Source of the DNA: Octopus sinensis
Taxonomy: Eukaryota
Assembly: GCF_006345805.1 (NCBI RefSeq)
Contig: NC_042997.1
Span: 142,786,001-142,850,000 of the forward strand
Reading direction: 5' to 3'
DNA: 64,000 bases
The notes beneath the pieces were generated by a model. The model saw only the letters and a program-made list of their open reading frames with translations. It was not told the DNA's origin and did no database searches. The translations under genes and the position numbers were made by a program. Shown piece by piece: positions 51,995 to 64,000 of this stretch (position 1 is its first letter; every line of letters starts with the position of its first letter).

Positions 51995-54330
51995 GTAAAC
52001 TACTTACAAAATATTTCAATATTTCTGTTTAGTATTCTTAACATTTTTTCTGTAAATATTTGTTTCTGTTTTTTGTGCAGGCATGGCTGTGTGGTAAGAT
52101 ATTTGCTTCCCAACTACATGGTTTTGGATTCAGTTCCACTGCATGTTACCTTGGGCAAGTGTCTTCTACTATAGCCCTAGGCCAACCAAAGCCTTGTGAG
52201 TAGATTTGGGAGACAGACTGAAAGAAGCCAATCATGCGTGTGTATGCCTGTGTCTATATGTATTTATATATACACACATGGCAAGCTTCTGTACAGTCTT
52301 TGTCTACTAGTTCTACTTGCAAAATATTGTTTAACCCAGGGCTATAGTACTGTGCTTATCAAAGTGGGTAGGATTACCGCCTGGGGTGGGAGAAATAGTA
52401 GAAAATTCTATATAGCTACTGGGAACAAATGAAGGCAGTTAGGGATGACATATACACCTCCTAGTTGCCCTAGTTTTCAAAAATATTTTAAATTTCATTG
52501 TGTGCAAATCATCAGGTAATATTAGAAGTTGGTGAAATAGCATGGCTCAGTGGTTAGAGCGTTGAGCTTACGATCGTGAGGTTCTGAGTTCGAACCCCAA
52601 ACCGAGCTGTGTTGTGTTCTTGAGCAAGATACTTTGTTTCACATTGCTCCAGTTCACTCAGCTGCAGAAATGAGTTGCAACGTCACAGGTGCCAAGCTGT
52701 ATCGGCCCCTTTGCCTTTCCCTTGGATAACACCAGTGGCATGGAGAAGGGACACTGGTATGCCTGGAAGGGTAACTTTCTAGGTGCAATAATCCCATGGT
52801 CAGTCATGACCGAAGGGGGTCTCAGCAGCAGCTCAGCATTAGAGGTTGAAATTTTGTTCCAACATTCCATTATCATATTGATGAAATGACTTATGTGCAA
52901 GTGCTCTTGATGGAATCAACCTGTTAGCAACAGTTTTTTCTTTTGTTTTTGTTTTTTTTTGTGGTGTATTTTTTTGTGTTTTTTTGGCTGAAAGGTAGCA
53001 CTGAGAGAAAGTCAGTAAATGAAAGAGGGTGATAGTTAAAAAAAGGTTATGGCTGTGTGGTTAAGAAGTCCACCTTGTAGCCATGTGGTAATTAAAACAA
53101 TTAATTAATGATGATACATTGCTAATTTTAATGAAATACAAGCAAAACATTCTGGGCACCCTAAGTGTGTATGTTCTATTAATGATAGATGTTGAATGTG
53201 AACCCAGTTGTAAACCACATTGATAAACACCAACTATGACCAATTTGTAGTAGTAGAAATATTTATGATACAGCTAGCATGGTAACAATGCCGGTAAATG
53301 GAGTTGGGACTGCCTTATATACAAATAAATACGATAAATGCTCATGCAGAGAAAAATCAAAATGTACTTTGATGAATCTCTGTGAGTACAAATTTTTATA
53401 TATAAATGTACCATGCACACAAGGGGAGGGTCCTATGTTTACATTGGGCAGACAGCTGATTCATTTAAGAATCGTTACTGTAATCCTATTGCCAGCTTTA
53501 AGACAATCAATAAGAGACATTCAACATCTTTGGCAGATTTTGTATGGTGACTGACAGAGGATAAAGTGAAGTGCAACATTAACTGATCCATAGTAAGGTA
53601 TGCAAAACCATACAATATAATTTCCAGGAGATGCCATCTCTGCTCCAAGGAATCCCTGTCTATTCTGTAGACTAATGAGAAGATAATTAATAGTATTTCT
53701 GAATGATTTTCGAGATGCCGACACACATATAAATGTACTTTCACACAATGCAGTGAGAATGAATTTTGAGTAACCGTTAACTTAATTTACTTTAAGGTAT
53801 GGATGACTTAAGTTTACTTTTAACCTCCCCATTCATGTAACCACCAAGTAGATAACTAACTCGCTTTGTGATCATGAGTGCACCAAACCTCACGTGTGTG
53901 TATGCTCACATTTTTGTGGATGCTTGTATGAGCGAGTGTACTCAGCCATGCAGCTTGTCCGAGGGTGTTTACACATCCATATTTGTTAACAATTATTTTT
54001 AATACTTTTCTCGCTGGATTGCATGTCCTTTTTTTTTTTGCCACCTGTGATTTTATTTTTGATCTTCTATATAAATGAAGATATTTCCTCCGTCTGGCTA
54101 CTTTTCTCTCAACAAAACGGTAAGTTACATTGCAGAACAGTCATTTTAATGAGTTGTATTTACTTATTACCCGACGAGATACATCTGCACTACCGGATGC
54201 TCCTGAACCAGTTGCTGAGTGTCCCACCCAATAGGAATCGATGCTAGATGTGTTGAAACAATTTGTCACGATTAATAATAAATTCTCATATATTCCATCT
54301 TCCGTCTTTCATTTGCCATATATCTGTGTG

Positions 54331-54361
<31 letters not shown>

Positions 54362-54779
54362 GAGTTTGTATGGATGTGTATGGAAGAATATATTAATCAA
54401 TGAAATTCTAACAGTCTGGTTTTCACTTTTTATTATTTTCAATTTTACAGTATTGAAATAAATTTGTACTTTCATGCATTACGCACTCATCAGGTTTATG
54501 AAGTGACAACTATGTCAATTGTGGAACACAACTGTCACCACATAAACCTGATGATTGCAAAATGCATGAAAGTACTAGTTTATTTCAATACTGTAAATAT
54601 CAAAACACACACACACACATATATATTACTTTTGATTCACCAATTCTATAGTTCATGTATGGAAATATAATTTTAAAATTTATAATATATACGTCATGGT
54701 GTTTGTGTTGGTTTTAAATTTATATTGATATTTTCTATTTTTCCATCTCTGTCACACATTCTCTCTCTCTCTCTTTCAG

Positions 54780-54974
54780 TTCTGTGAAAGCAATGATTTA
54801 GAATTCCTGCCTATGCGTTGTTGGATTGGATTCTGGGTTACTGTGATAGCCGCAGTAGTTGTGGCCTTAGAAGGCAGCTTTCTCGTGAAATTTGTTACCA
54901 GATTCACAGAGGAAATTTTTGCTATATTGATTTCTCTTATCTTTATCTATGAAGTCATTAAAAAATTAACAGAT
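54780..54974 (+). CDS. SLC4A2: SLC4 AE-like exon, TM4-5 (FCESNDLEFL...VTRFTEEIFAILISLIFIYE)
   Basis: TRFTEE and LISLIFIYE motifs. 65 codons with AG/GT borders. Confidence 0.97.
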
Positions 54975-55189
54975 GTAATTATGTTTACTTATTCTTATTT
55001 CTTTCTTTTCTTCTTCTTGCATTCACATCAGTATCACTTAAGAATTTTATAATTCCTTAGCTTGCAACTTCATTACAGTTTAATAGTATATTACTGATAT
55101 ATATATATATATAAATTAAATTAAATTAGAGATAAAACCACTATTAGGCAAATCAAACAATGAAAAACATAAACCAAAACATAAAAATA

Positions 55190-55296
55190 ATTAATATAAT
55201 ATACAAAATATATAAAATTTAAATTATTTAAATTTAAAATTATTAATTTATATTTATAAATTTTTAAATTTTATATATTTTGTATATTATATTAAT
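55190..55296. repeat. Perfect 34-bp AT-rich inverted repeat
   Basis: 55190-55223 is the reverse complement of 55263-55296. Confidence 0.9.
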
Positions 55297-55593
55297 GTTT
55301 CATAACTGACACGTATAAAGCACCCACTACACTCTTGGAGTTGTTGGCATTAGGAAGGGTACCATGCCAAATCAGATTGAAACCTGGTGCAGCTTACCAG
55401 TTTTGTGCCAAAAATTGTCCAATCCATGCCAGCATGTAAAATGGACAATAAATGATGATGTTACCTCCTATTAAGCTGGCACTGTTTGCTTGCTTCCAAA
55501 TGCTTTTATAGACTCATTGTGGTTGCTTTCTAACAAATCTCTATTGGTATCAACATTCTTTCTGCTTATACCCTGTCATAGATATATCCTAAT

Positions 55594-56495
55594 TAAGGTG
55601 CTGAGCTGGCAGAATTGTTAGCACACCATGAAGGTGGTGAGCTGGCAGAATTGTTAGCATGCCAAGCGAAATGCTTAGCGGTATTTCATCTGCCGCTACA
55701 TTCTGAGTTCAAATTCCACCGAGGTCGACTTTGCTTTTCATCCTTTCAGGGTCGATAAATTAAGTACCAGTTACACACTGGGGTCGATCTAATCAACTTA
55801 ATCCCTTTGTCCATCCTTGTTTGTCCCCTCTATGTTTAGCCCCTTGTGGACAATAAAGAAATAAGAATTGTTGGCACACCAGGCAAAATGCTTAGTGGCA
55901 TTTTGTCTGTCTTCACATTCTGAGTTCAGATTCCACTATGGTCAACTTTGCCTTTCATCATTTCGGGCTCAATAAAATAAGTACCAGTTGTGTACTGGGG
56001 TTGATGTAATCAATTATCTCCTCTCCTAAATTTCAGGCTTTGTGCCAGTAGTAGAAAGGATTATTATTGTTATTATTAAGGCAGCAAGCTGGCAGAATCG
56101 TTACCACACTGGACAAAATGCTTAGTAATACTTCACCTGTCACTACATTCTGAGTTCAAATTCTGCCAAAGTCGACTTTGCCCTTCATCCTTTGTGGGAG
56201 GGGTTCGATAAATTAAGTACCAGTGAAACACTGAGGTCAATATAATTGATTAGTTCTCTCCCTCAAATTTCCAGGCCTTGTGCCATTAGTAGAAAGGCAG
56301 TGGGTTGGGAGAAGCATTAGCATGCCTAGCAAAATTCTTGGCTCCATTTCATCCATTTTCACATTCTGCTTAAGTCAGCTTTGCCTTTTATCCTTTTAGG
56401 GTCAATAAAATAAGTACCAGTTGAACACTGGTATCAATGTAATAAACTTAACCCCCATCCACCAAACTTGCTGGCCTTGTGCCAAAATTTAAAAT
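55594..56495 (+). mobile_element. Cluster of nested and tandem family-A SINEs
   Basis: At least four heads in the same orientation. Inner copy flanked by AGAATTGTT(A/G)GCACACCA. Confidence 0.85.
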
Positions 56496-56531
56496 TATTA
56501 TTATTATTATTATTATGTTTTATTTTTACAG

Positions 56532-56855
56532 ATTTATCAAAAATACCCATTGATAGCTGATTGTGAATCCTGTTGTCCAAATATTGTTCTTCCAAGCTTC
56601 AATAGCAGTAATTCTTTAGAACCAGTGTCTGAAATACCATACACTCTATTTAATTCCTCCATGGGTGCCACAGCGGACCAAGCTCACATGACAACTGAGT
56701 CTGGGGTTGAGGAGAATTTAAAAGGTCAAAATCGTTACACAAAAAATTCTAATCAACCAAATACTGCACTGCTGTCAACAATTTTGGCTCTAGGAACATT
56801 TTTTATAGCATATTTCCTCAGAATATTCAGAAATAGCAAATTTCTTGGGAGAAGT
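56532..56855 (+). CDS. SLC4A2: SLC4 AE-like exon, extracellular loop 3 + TM6 (...QPNTALLS...FRNSKFLGRS)
   Basis: PNTALLS and FRNSKF motifs. TACAG acceptor, AGT|GTAAGT donor, 108 codons. Confidence 0.96.
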
Positions 56856-59402
56856 GTAAGTAAAACATCTAATTCTTGTTAACTCTCACTCTCTTTTTCT
56901 GCCTCTCTGTCACACTCTAATCTTTCATCATCTGACACAAGATCACCTCCTCCAATGCCCCCTCCCCTCTCAAAGACTCTTTGTTTTGCAAAGTCACTTG
57001 GTGACCCCACTAGTGCAGGTGCCACTTAAAAAGTACCCAGTCTACACTTTAAAGTGGTTGGCATTTGGTAGGACATCCAGCTGTAAAAACCATGCCAAAA
57101 CTGACCTCACCTGTGCAAATGCCATGTAAAAAACACTCAGCCCACTCTATGGACTGGTTGGTGTTAGGAAGGGCATCCAGATGTAAAAACCATGCCAAAA
57201 CACACTCAGGAGCATGGTGCAGGCTGCCGCCTGGTCAGCTCCTATCAAACCATCCAACCCATGCCATCTTGGAAGGAGAACATTAAACAATGATGATGAT
57301 GAGTTGTTTTTGCATCCCCTCCTCCTGCACCATCTCAACCCTGATCCAGCAGATCTATGACTGAAGGTGTTCCAAACATGACCATCCTCTCATTTATCCT
57401 GACATTGCATATCTAGGGTACATCATGTAAAATCCCCCTTCTTATTTTAAGACAATATATATTGTCTTATTTTAAGACATTATGGATCTCAGTGTCATTA
57501 AGGTGCTGGACAGAATACTTTGCAGTATTTATTTGTTTAAAATCTCAGCTTTCTTTCTACATTGTCTCTAATGATTAAGAAAATGGCACTGTTGCAAGGT
57601 AAACATCCAATTTTAAATAGGAGCAGGTATGAATGGTGTAATAGTTAGTTGCACAGCTGCTATAGTTATGATTTACAATCTGTTTCCATGTTCTGCTCTA
57701 TATTGTTAATAAGACTTACATTTTCAATACCAGGTAATGCTAAAATGTTTGCTTCTAAATAGAAGCAAGTTTAGCTCTTGTCTTCAAATGAAAGATTATG
57801 ACTGTAACCTACACCTATGTAGAGCCAGCACCAGGGTATTCAGTGCTGGCAGAAACGTTAGCACACCGGGTGAAATACCTAGCGGTATTTTGTCTGCCAC
57901 TATGTTCTGAGTTCAAATTCTGCCGAGGTCGACTTTGCCTTTCATCCTTTCGGGGTCGACTAAATAAGCACCAGTTACGCACTGGGGTCGATATAATCGA
58001 CTTAATCCGTTTGTCTGTCCTTGTTTGTCCTCTCTGTGTTTAGCCCCTTGTGGGTAGTAAACAAAAGGGCATTCAGTGCTTTAGGTTAGCCCTACAATAT
58101 ACGCCTCTTTCTCCTATCCCTCTAGTGTGTACCTCCAAACCCTACACTGTGTGACCCTTTCCCTGTTCCTACAATGTCTACTCCCTTCACCCAACACTAC
58201 AAGGTACATCCATTTCTCTCAGCCCTATAATGAGCACTCTCTCATCCCAGTCCTACAACATACATCCTCTTCTCCCTGCTGTACAATGTGTACCCCTTCT
58301 CTCAGCCGTACGTTATGCACTTCTATCACACAACCCTATAATATATGCCACTTCTACATTTTTTCTACAACTTTTTCCACTTATCACCCTTTTTACTCCA
58401 GTTGAAAAATGCAATCAAAATATCATGAATATGATAATATATATTCTTGAATAAATCCATTATCTAACAAAATTTCAAATTTTCGCAACACCATACAACC
58501 CTCTTCTCACCTGCCCTCCATCCTTCACTGTACTTGGAGTGATCTCACCTGTTCTGTTTTGTGTTTATACTGTATTTGACAGCATAATAAGATGCATTTT
58601 TTTCCAAAAAATATCTCAAAAACTTCATCCTAAAACCTATATGCAAAGTTGGGCCTACATATAACCCATGCCAGCATGAAAGTCATTAAATGATGATGTA
58701 TATTACATGCTTTAACCCTTTCATTACCGTATTTATTTTGAGATGTTCTATAGTTCTTTCAATTACTTTAAATATAACAATGAATTTAGTAAAATAACTT
58801 AGTTATCATTCAGCTAGTGTTAGGAACATAAATTGTGACTGAGGTTTGGTGGCAGATTTTAATTCAGAACTTTTGAAAACAAGACATTTGTACTACAGAG
58901 TCAGAGGCGGTTTCAGCCAAGTTGGTATTGAAAGGGTTAATGCACTAAAAACTTTTTCACCAGAATATGTAATGCCGAAATTAGGATGTCTTTTATACCA
59001 TTAAATATAGTAGTTCAATTTAGAAATTATGTATAAATTTTTCAGAATTTAATTGATATGCTAAAGTTTTAGCTCCCTAGGTGATCACTTTGTCTGTTGA
59101 GCATGTAGCACTAACCCTACACTAACATTAATATAATATTAAGAAAGTTAGGATCCTATGAGTTTAACCTGTCTGATTTAGGCCTTAAAGTTCCTAAACA
59201 GATGGATCTCTTTTTTATGAAAAGAGATAAAAATGTCCCTGGGTGGTTGGTTCTATGCATATCTTTTTTTCTTTTCCTATTTTAGATTTTAAAGTGTCTT
59301 ATTTAATTTAGTCTAATGTTTATGAAGAAAAATCTCTTCTTTTACAACATATTCTGTGTTTATTTCTGAACAGTGGATGATTTTTACTTATTTTATTTAC
59401 AG

Positions 59403-59492
59403 GCGCGGAGAGCACTTGGTGATTTTGGAATTCTAATAGCTCTTGTAGTTATGGTGCTGCTAGATGTGTTAATAAAAGACACCTGTACACAG
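59403..59492 (+). CDS. SLC4A2: SLC4 AE-like exon, TM7 (ARRALGDFGILIALVVMVLLDVLIKDTCTQ)
   Basis: RRxxGDFG motif. TACAG acceptor, CAG|GTAGGC donor, 30 codons. Confidence 0.96.
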
Positions 59493-59620
59493 GTAGGCAT
59501 ATTATCACAAATTAGCTTTTACAACTGTTTATAGCTAGCATGTTACAAGTCTTACCTTTTTCTCTTTTGTTTTTTTTTACTTTGTATTTAATTTTCTTTT
59601 TCTTTCTTTCATCTTTTCAG

Positions 59621-59787
59621 AAACTTGAGGTATCGGATGAATTTGCACCTACAGCACCAAGCAAACGTGGCTGGTTCATTAATCCAATGGGAATGAAAAA
59701 AACATTTGAAGTTTGGTTAATCTTTGCTTCAATTATTCCGGCTTTCCTTATATTTATACTTCTATTCATGGAAGTACAAATCACTGA
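59621..59787 (+). CDS. SLC4A2: SLC4 AE-like exon, TM8 (KLEV...RGWFINPMG...FMEVQIT)
   Basis: RGWxIxP motif and FMEVQIT (AE1 FLESQIT). Phase 0-2, GA|GTAAGT donor. Confidence 0.97.
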
Positions 59788-60769
59788 GTAAGTCTGAAAC
59801 CTTTTTTTATGTTGTTGTTGTTATTGTTGTGATTGTTGTTCTTCTTTTTCTAGTAGACATCCCTCGGTGAACTAGTTGGTATAAAAATCAATTCTAATTG
59901 TCAATAACTTGGCAAAGTTTACCTTTAAGTAGTTATAAAACTCTGTTAATTCTTGAGCTAATTTAAGTTATTTATCTTTATCTTTTATCCTTCTACTGTT
60001 TTCAGTCATTGGGCTATGGCCATGCTGGGGCACTGCTTTGAAGGGCTTTGTCAAACAAATTGATCCCTGTTCTTCTTTTTAAGTCTGGTACTTGAACTGT
60101 TGGCCTCTTTTCCTGAACTGTTTAAGTAATTTAAAGAGATGTAAACAAACCATTGTTTTTGTTGAGTGACACACACACATGCACACACATATACACATGC
60201 ACATACACAGTGGGCTTCCACTTAGTTTCCATCTATCAAGTTCACTCACAAGGCAGAAGACACTTCAGTAAGGTGCCACGCATCAGGACAAAACCAGAAA
60301 CCACATGGTTTTAAAGTGAGCCTTTCCTAGACTGTGATATTGAATGGAAACGGCTATGTGGTAAGTAGCTTGTTTACTAACCAAATGCTTCTGGGTTCAG
60401 TCCCACTGCGTGGCATCTTGGGCAAGTGTCTTCTACTATAGCCTCGGGCTGACCAAAGCCTTGTGAGTGGATTTGGTAGACGGAAATTGAAAGAAGCCCA
60501 GTATGTGTGTGTGTGTTTGACGCCCCCCCCACCTTCACTTGACACCTGATGTTGGTGTGTTTACATCCCCGTAACTTAGCGGTTCAGCAAGAGAGACCAA
60601 TAGAATAAGTAGTAGGCTTACAAAGAATAAGTCCTGGAGTCAATTTGTTCGACTAAAGGCAGTGCACCAGCATGGCCACAGTCAAACGACTGAAACAAAT
60701 AAAAGAATAAATACTTGCAATTCTTTTCATTTGTAGAACTAAATATTTGTTTTGTTTTTTTTTTTCCAG

Positions 60770-61014
60770 AACCATAATGGACAAAAAAATGAGGAAAGGT
60801 TCGGGTTACCATTTGGATATGATGCTAGTTGGCGTACTGGTTAGTATTTGTGGATTACTTGGTTTACCATGGATGTGTGCTGCAACAGTACGGTCAGTGG
60901 CACATAAATCAGCCCTTAGTGTATTCAGCCGAACACATGCTCCAGGTGAAAAACCAAAATTATTATACGTCCAAGAGCAGCGTCTCACAAGTATATTGGT
61001 CAGTATTTTGATAG
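60770..61014 (+). CDS. SLC4A2: SLC4 AE-like exon, TM9-11 (KGSGYHLD...LPWMCAATVRSVAH...EQRLT)
   Basis: KGSGxHLD, ATVRS and EQR motifs. Phase 2-1, G|GTATGT donor. Gene continues beyond the window. Confidence 0.97.
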
Positions 61015-61210
61015 GTATGTTTCAGTTTCTTATTTATATTTATTTGCTCCTCATCCTGTGTTTTATTTCATTCCTTTGTATTTTTTGGCTATTTAAACCC
61101 TCTTTTGTTTTTGTTGCTGTTGCTGCTGTAGAACTTATGTCAGCATGTTGTTTTTATTTCTGTACTTCGGTGTGTTGCATGTCTTTGAATAATAACTGTT
61201 TTTGTTTTCC

Positions 61211-61397
<187 letters not shown>

Positions 61398-63720
61398 CAT
61401 GGTTTAGTTCTGAATACTAGTTTCTGTTTCTGTTATGTTAAAATCTATTTTACCCCCATTTGGCATGTTTCTTGTTTTGTTGTACGTTAGGAGGGTCATT
61501 ATGCCAATAATAAACATCTGCACTGGTTCTGTTTCACTTCTTTGTTTCATATTTTTATACATTATTGACATTACATCTCATCTTTTCCTTTTCTGTCCAG
61601 CACTATTATCACAAGAGGGGACTTCATTTCCTTTTGGATTTTATTAATTTTTTTTACTTGAATAAAACACATGCAAGGGAAAACTGAAAAGCACAAAGCA
61701 ATTATATATTTTTTTATAAATTCTGTATCAGTGCTAATAGCTTTGATATATATATGTATGTGTGTATATATGTATGCATGAATATGTGTATGTTTAAATG
61801 TGTGTATGGCATGTAAAAAGCACCCACTACACTCTCAGAGTGGTTGGCATTAGGAAGGGCATCCAGCTGTAGAAACTCTGCCAGATCAAGATTGGAGCCT
61901 GGTGCAGCCATCTGGCTTGCCAGCCCTCAGTCAAAATCGTCCAACCCATGCTAGCATGGAAAGCAGACATTAAACGATGATGATGATGATATATATACAT
62001 ATATATATATATATGAAATAAAGTGTCTTGCTCAAGGACACAACACAGCTGATCCTGGAATGAAACTCACTACCTCATGATTGTGAGCCATGGACACTAC
62101 CTATAATAAACCACAAAATAGAATAGCATGTATTCCTTGCTTAGGGGTCAAAGATGAACTTGGCCAACAAAGTGTAGTTTCAAATACAATGCTCTAATGT
62201 TAACATTTTTGATTCTCCTGAGACCACTCCTGGTTCTATGATATAAATACCCTGTTTTAAAGTGATCTAAATTTAAATTTTCCATCAAAATTTTGTGTTA
62301 ATTTATGTTCTCAACGCCAATGCAATAATGACAGTTATTTAACTAAATTCTTAAGTATTTTTAAAATTGAAACAAAGGAAGTGTATTTCAATGGAAATAA
62401 GGTAACATGGGTTAAGAGAACATAACCACACAAGAGGAAAACCTGTGTGATTAAATATTCCCTTATTCAGAGCAATAACTGTCGTGTCAAAGTATCTTTT
62501 ATCCTCTGTTTTACTTTTATGCAGTCATTTGACTGTGGCCATGCTGGGTTATCACCTTCAAGGTTTAGTCAAAGAAATCAACTCCGGGACTTACTTTTCA
62601 AGTCTGGTACCTAATTTATTATTCCCTTATGCCAAATTTCTAAGTTACATGGATATAAACAAACCAACACCAGTTGTAAAGTGTGAAAGGGAATAGACAC
62701 AAAGACACATGCTCGCACACACATATACAATGGGCTTCAACACAGTTTCTATCAGATCCTCTCATAGGGCATTGATCAGCCTGTGGTTATATTTGAAGAT
62801 ACTTGCTTAAGGTGCCACACAGAGGGACTGAACCCAAGACCATATGGCTGCAAAGCATTCTTCTTTTCCACATAGCTGTGCCTGGACCTATGTTCACTTT
62901 TAGTAGACAGTTTACACTGGTCATTACAAAAATGCATGGTAATTAAATGGGATTTGTGTGTTGAGTTAAAGGTGTATTATCAACTCATTAAGGCACATGG
63001 TTTAGTGGTCAGGGTATTCAGCTCATGACTCTAAGGTCTTGTGTTCAATTCCCAGTGGCGTGTTGTATCCTTGAGCAAGACACTTTATTTCATGTTGCTC
63101 TAGTCCAGAGGTGGGGAAACATTTTAGTGTGGTGAGCAAATATTTACAAAGAAAAAAGTCTGTGGGTGGATCACAAGTTCTAACTCTGTGTAGATCTTGT
63201 ATATATCTATGTATAATTCGATATACATTAATAAAGATAAGTTTAGCACATTAAATTAATGCGTAACATCCTCATTAACACCACCACTGAATTTAGGACA
63301 TCTATATTACTTATGAGGTTTCTATATTTTTCAGCTAGAGTGCTATTGGGTCTCAAGGGGGTGGTACAAACCTAGCATTATATGTTTTATAGTGAAAACA
63401 AAATTTCCATTCAAATGGCTGTTACCGGACAAGTTTCTGTTCTAGTTTAATTGTTTTATGTCGTAGTGGAAACATGACCTATGTCACAAATAGGCATATG
63501 AATACTGTATAAATTTTATAATTGCAAAATTTACTATATTTTGTACATTACAAGTATATCAGCCTGTGGGCAAAATAAAATGGGCAATCGTGCCCATAGG
63601 TGCCCCCCCCCCCCCCGCTCTACTCACTTAGCTGGCAAAAATGAGTTGTACCTGTATTTCAAAGGGCCAGCCTTGTCATACTCTGTCACACTGAATCTCC
63701 CTGAGAACTATGTTAAGGGT

Positions 63721-63792
63721 ATACATGTGGTCTAGTGGTTAGGATTCCTGGCTTTCACCCAGGTGGCCCGGGTTCGATTCCCGGCATGGGAA
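63721..63792 (+). pseudogene. tRNA-Glu(TTC)-derived retrocopy with a broken acceptor stem
   Basis: D, anticodon (CCTGG-CTTTCAC-CCAGG) and T arms intact. 5' end reads ATAC where TCCC is needed to pair with GGGA. Confidence 0.85.
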
Positions 63793-64000
63793 CGGCATTT
63801 CTGTTTAATTGTGGTGCCCCAGCATGGCCGCAGCTCGTGAACTGAAACTAGATAAAATGATAAAATGATGTCTGTGGAGTGCTCGACCACTTGCATGTTA
63901 ATTTCACAAGCAGGCTGTTCCATTGACCAGATCAACTGGAACACTCATTGTCATAACCAACGGAGTGCTTATAATTATCAATACATGCACTCAAGTGTTA

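Noticed and set aside
53280-54260. Possible DNA-transposon coding remnant
   Set aside because: No recognisable motif or termini in any frame.
63721-63792. Functional tRNA-Glu gene
   Set aside because: The acceptor stem has only 4 Watson-Crick pairs, and the sequence is embedded in a retroposed insert.

Overview
AT-rich, microsatellite-laden eukaryotic DNA. The repeat landscape resembles octopus/coleoid cephalopod sequence (inference). The whole window lies inside one + strand gene, an SLC4 Na+-independent Cl-/HCO3- exchanger (AE2/band-3-like). Ten GT-AG exons splice in frame, covering the end of the cytoplasmic domain and roughly TM1-TM11; both gene ends fall outside the window. A probable 36-nt regulated microexon lies upstream. 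Introns hold several tRNA-derived SINE families, RTE-like and R4/Dong-like LINE fragments, a decayed Penelope element, a deleted mariner, piggyBac-type MITEs and foldbacks. Highlights: an intact-looking Penelope-type hammerhead ribozyme; a tRNA-like head joined to inverted hammerhead-like arms; a young tRNA-Glu/retroposon-tail chimera; a microexon encoding an RRPS PKA site with splicing-regulator motifs; and perfect hairpins near exons. All calls were read by eye, with no database search.
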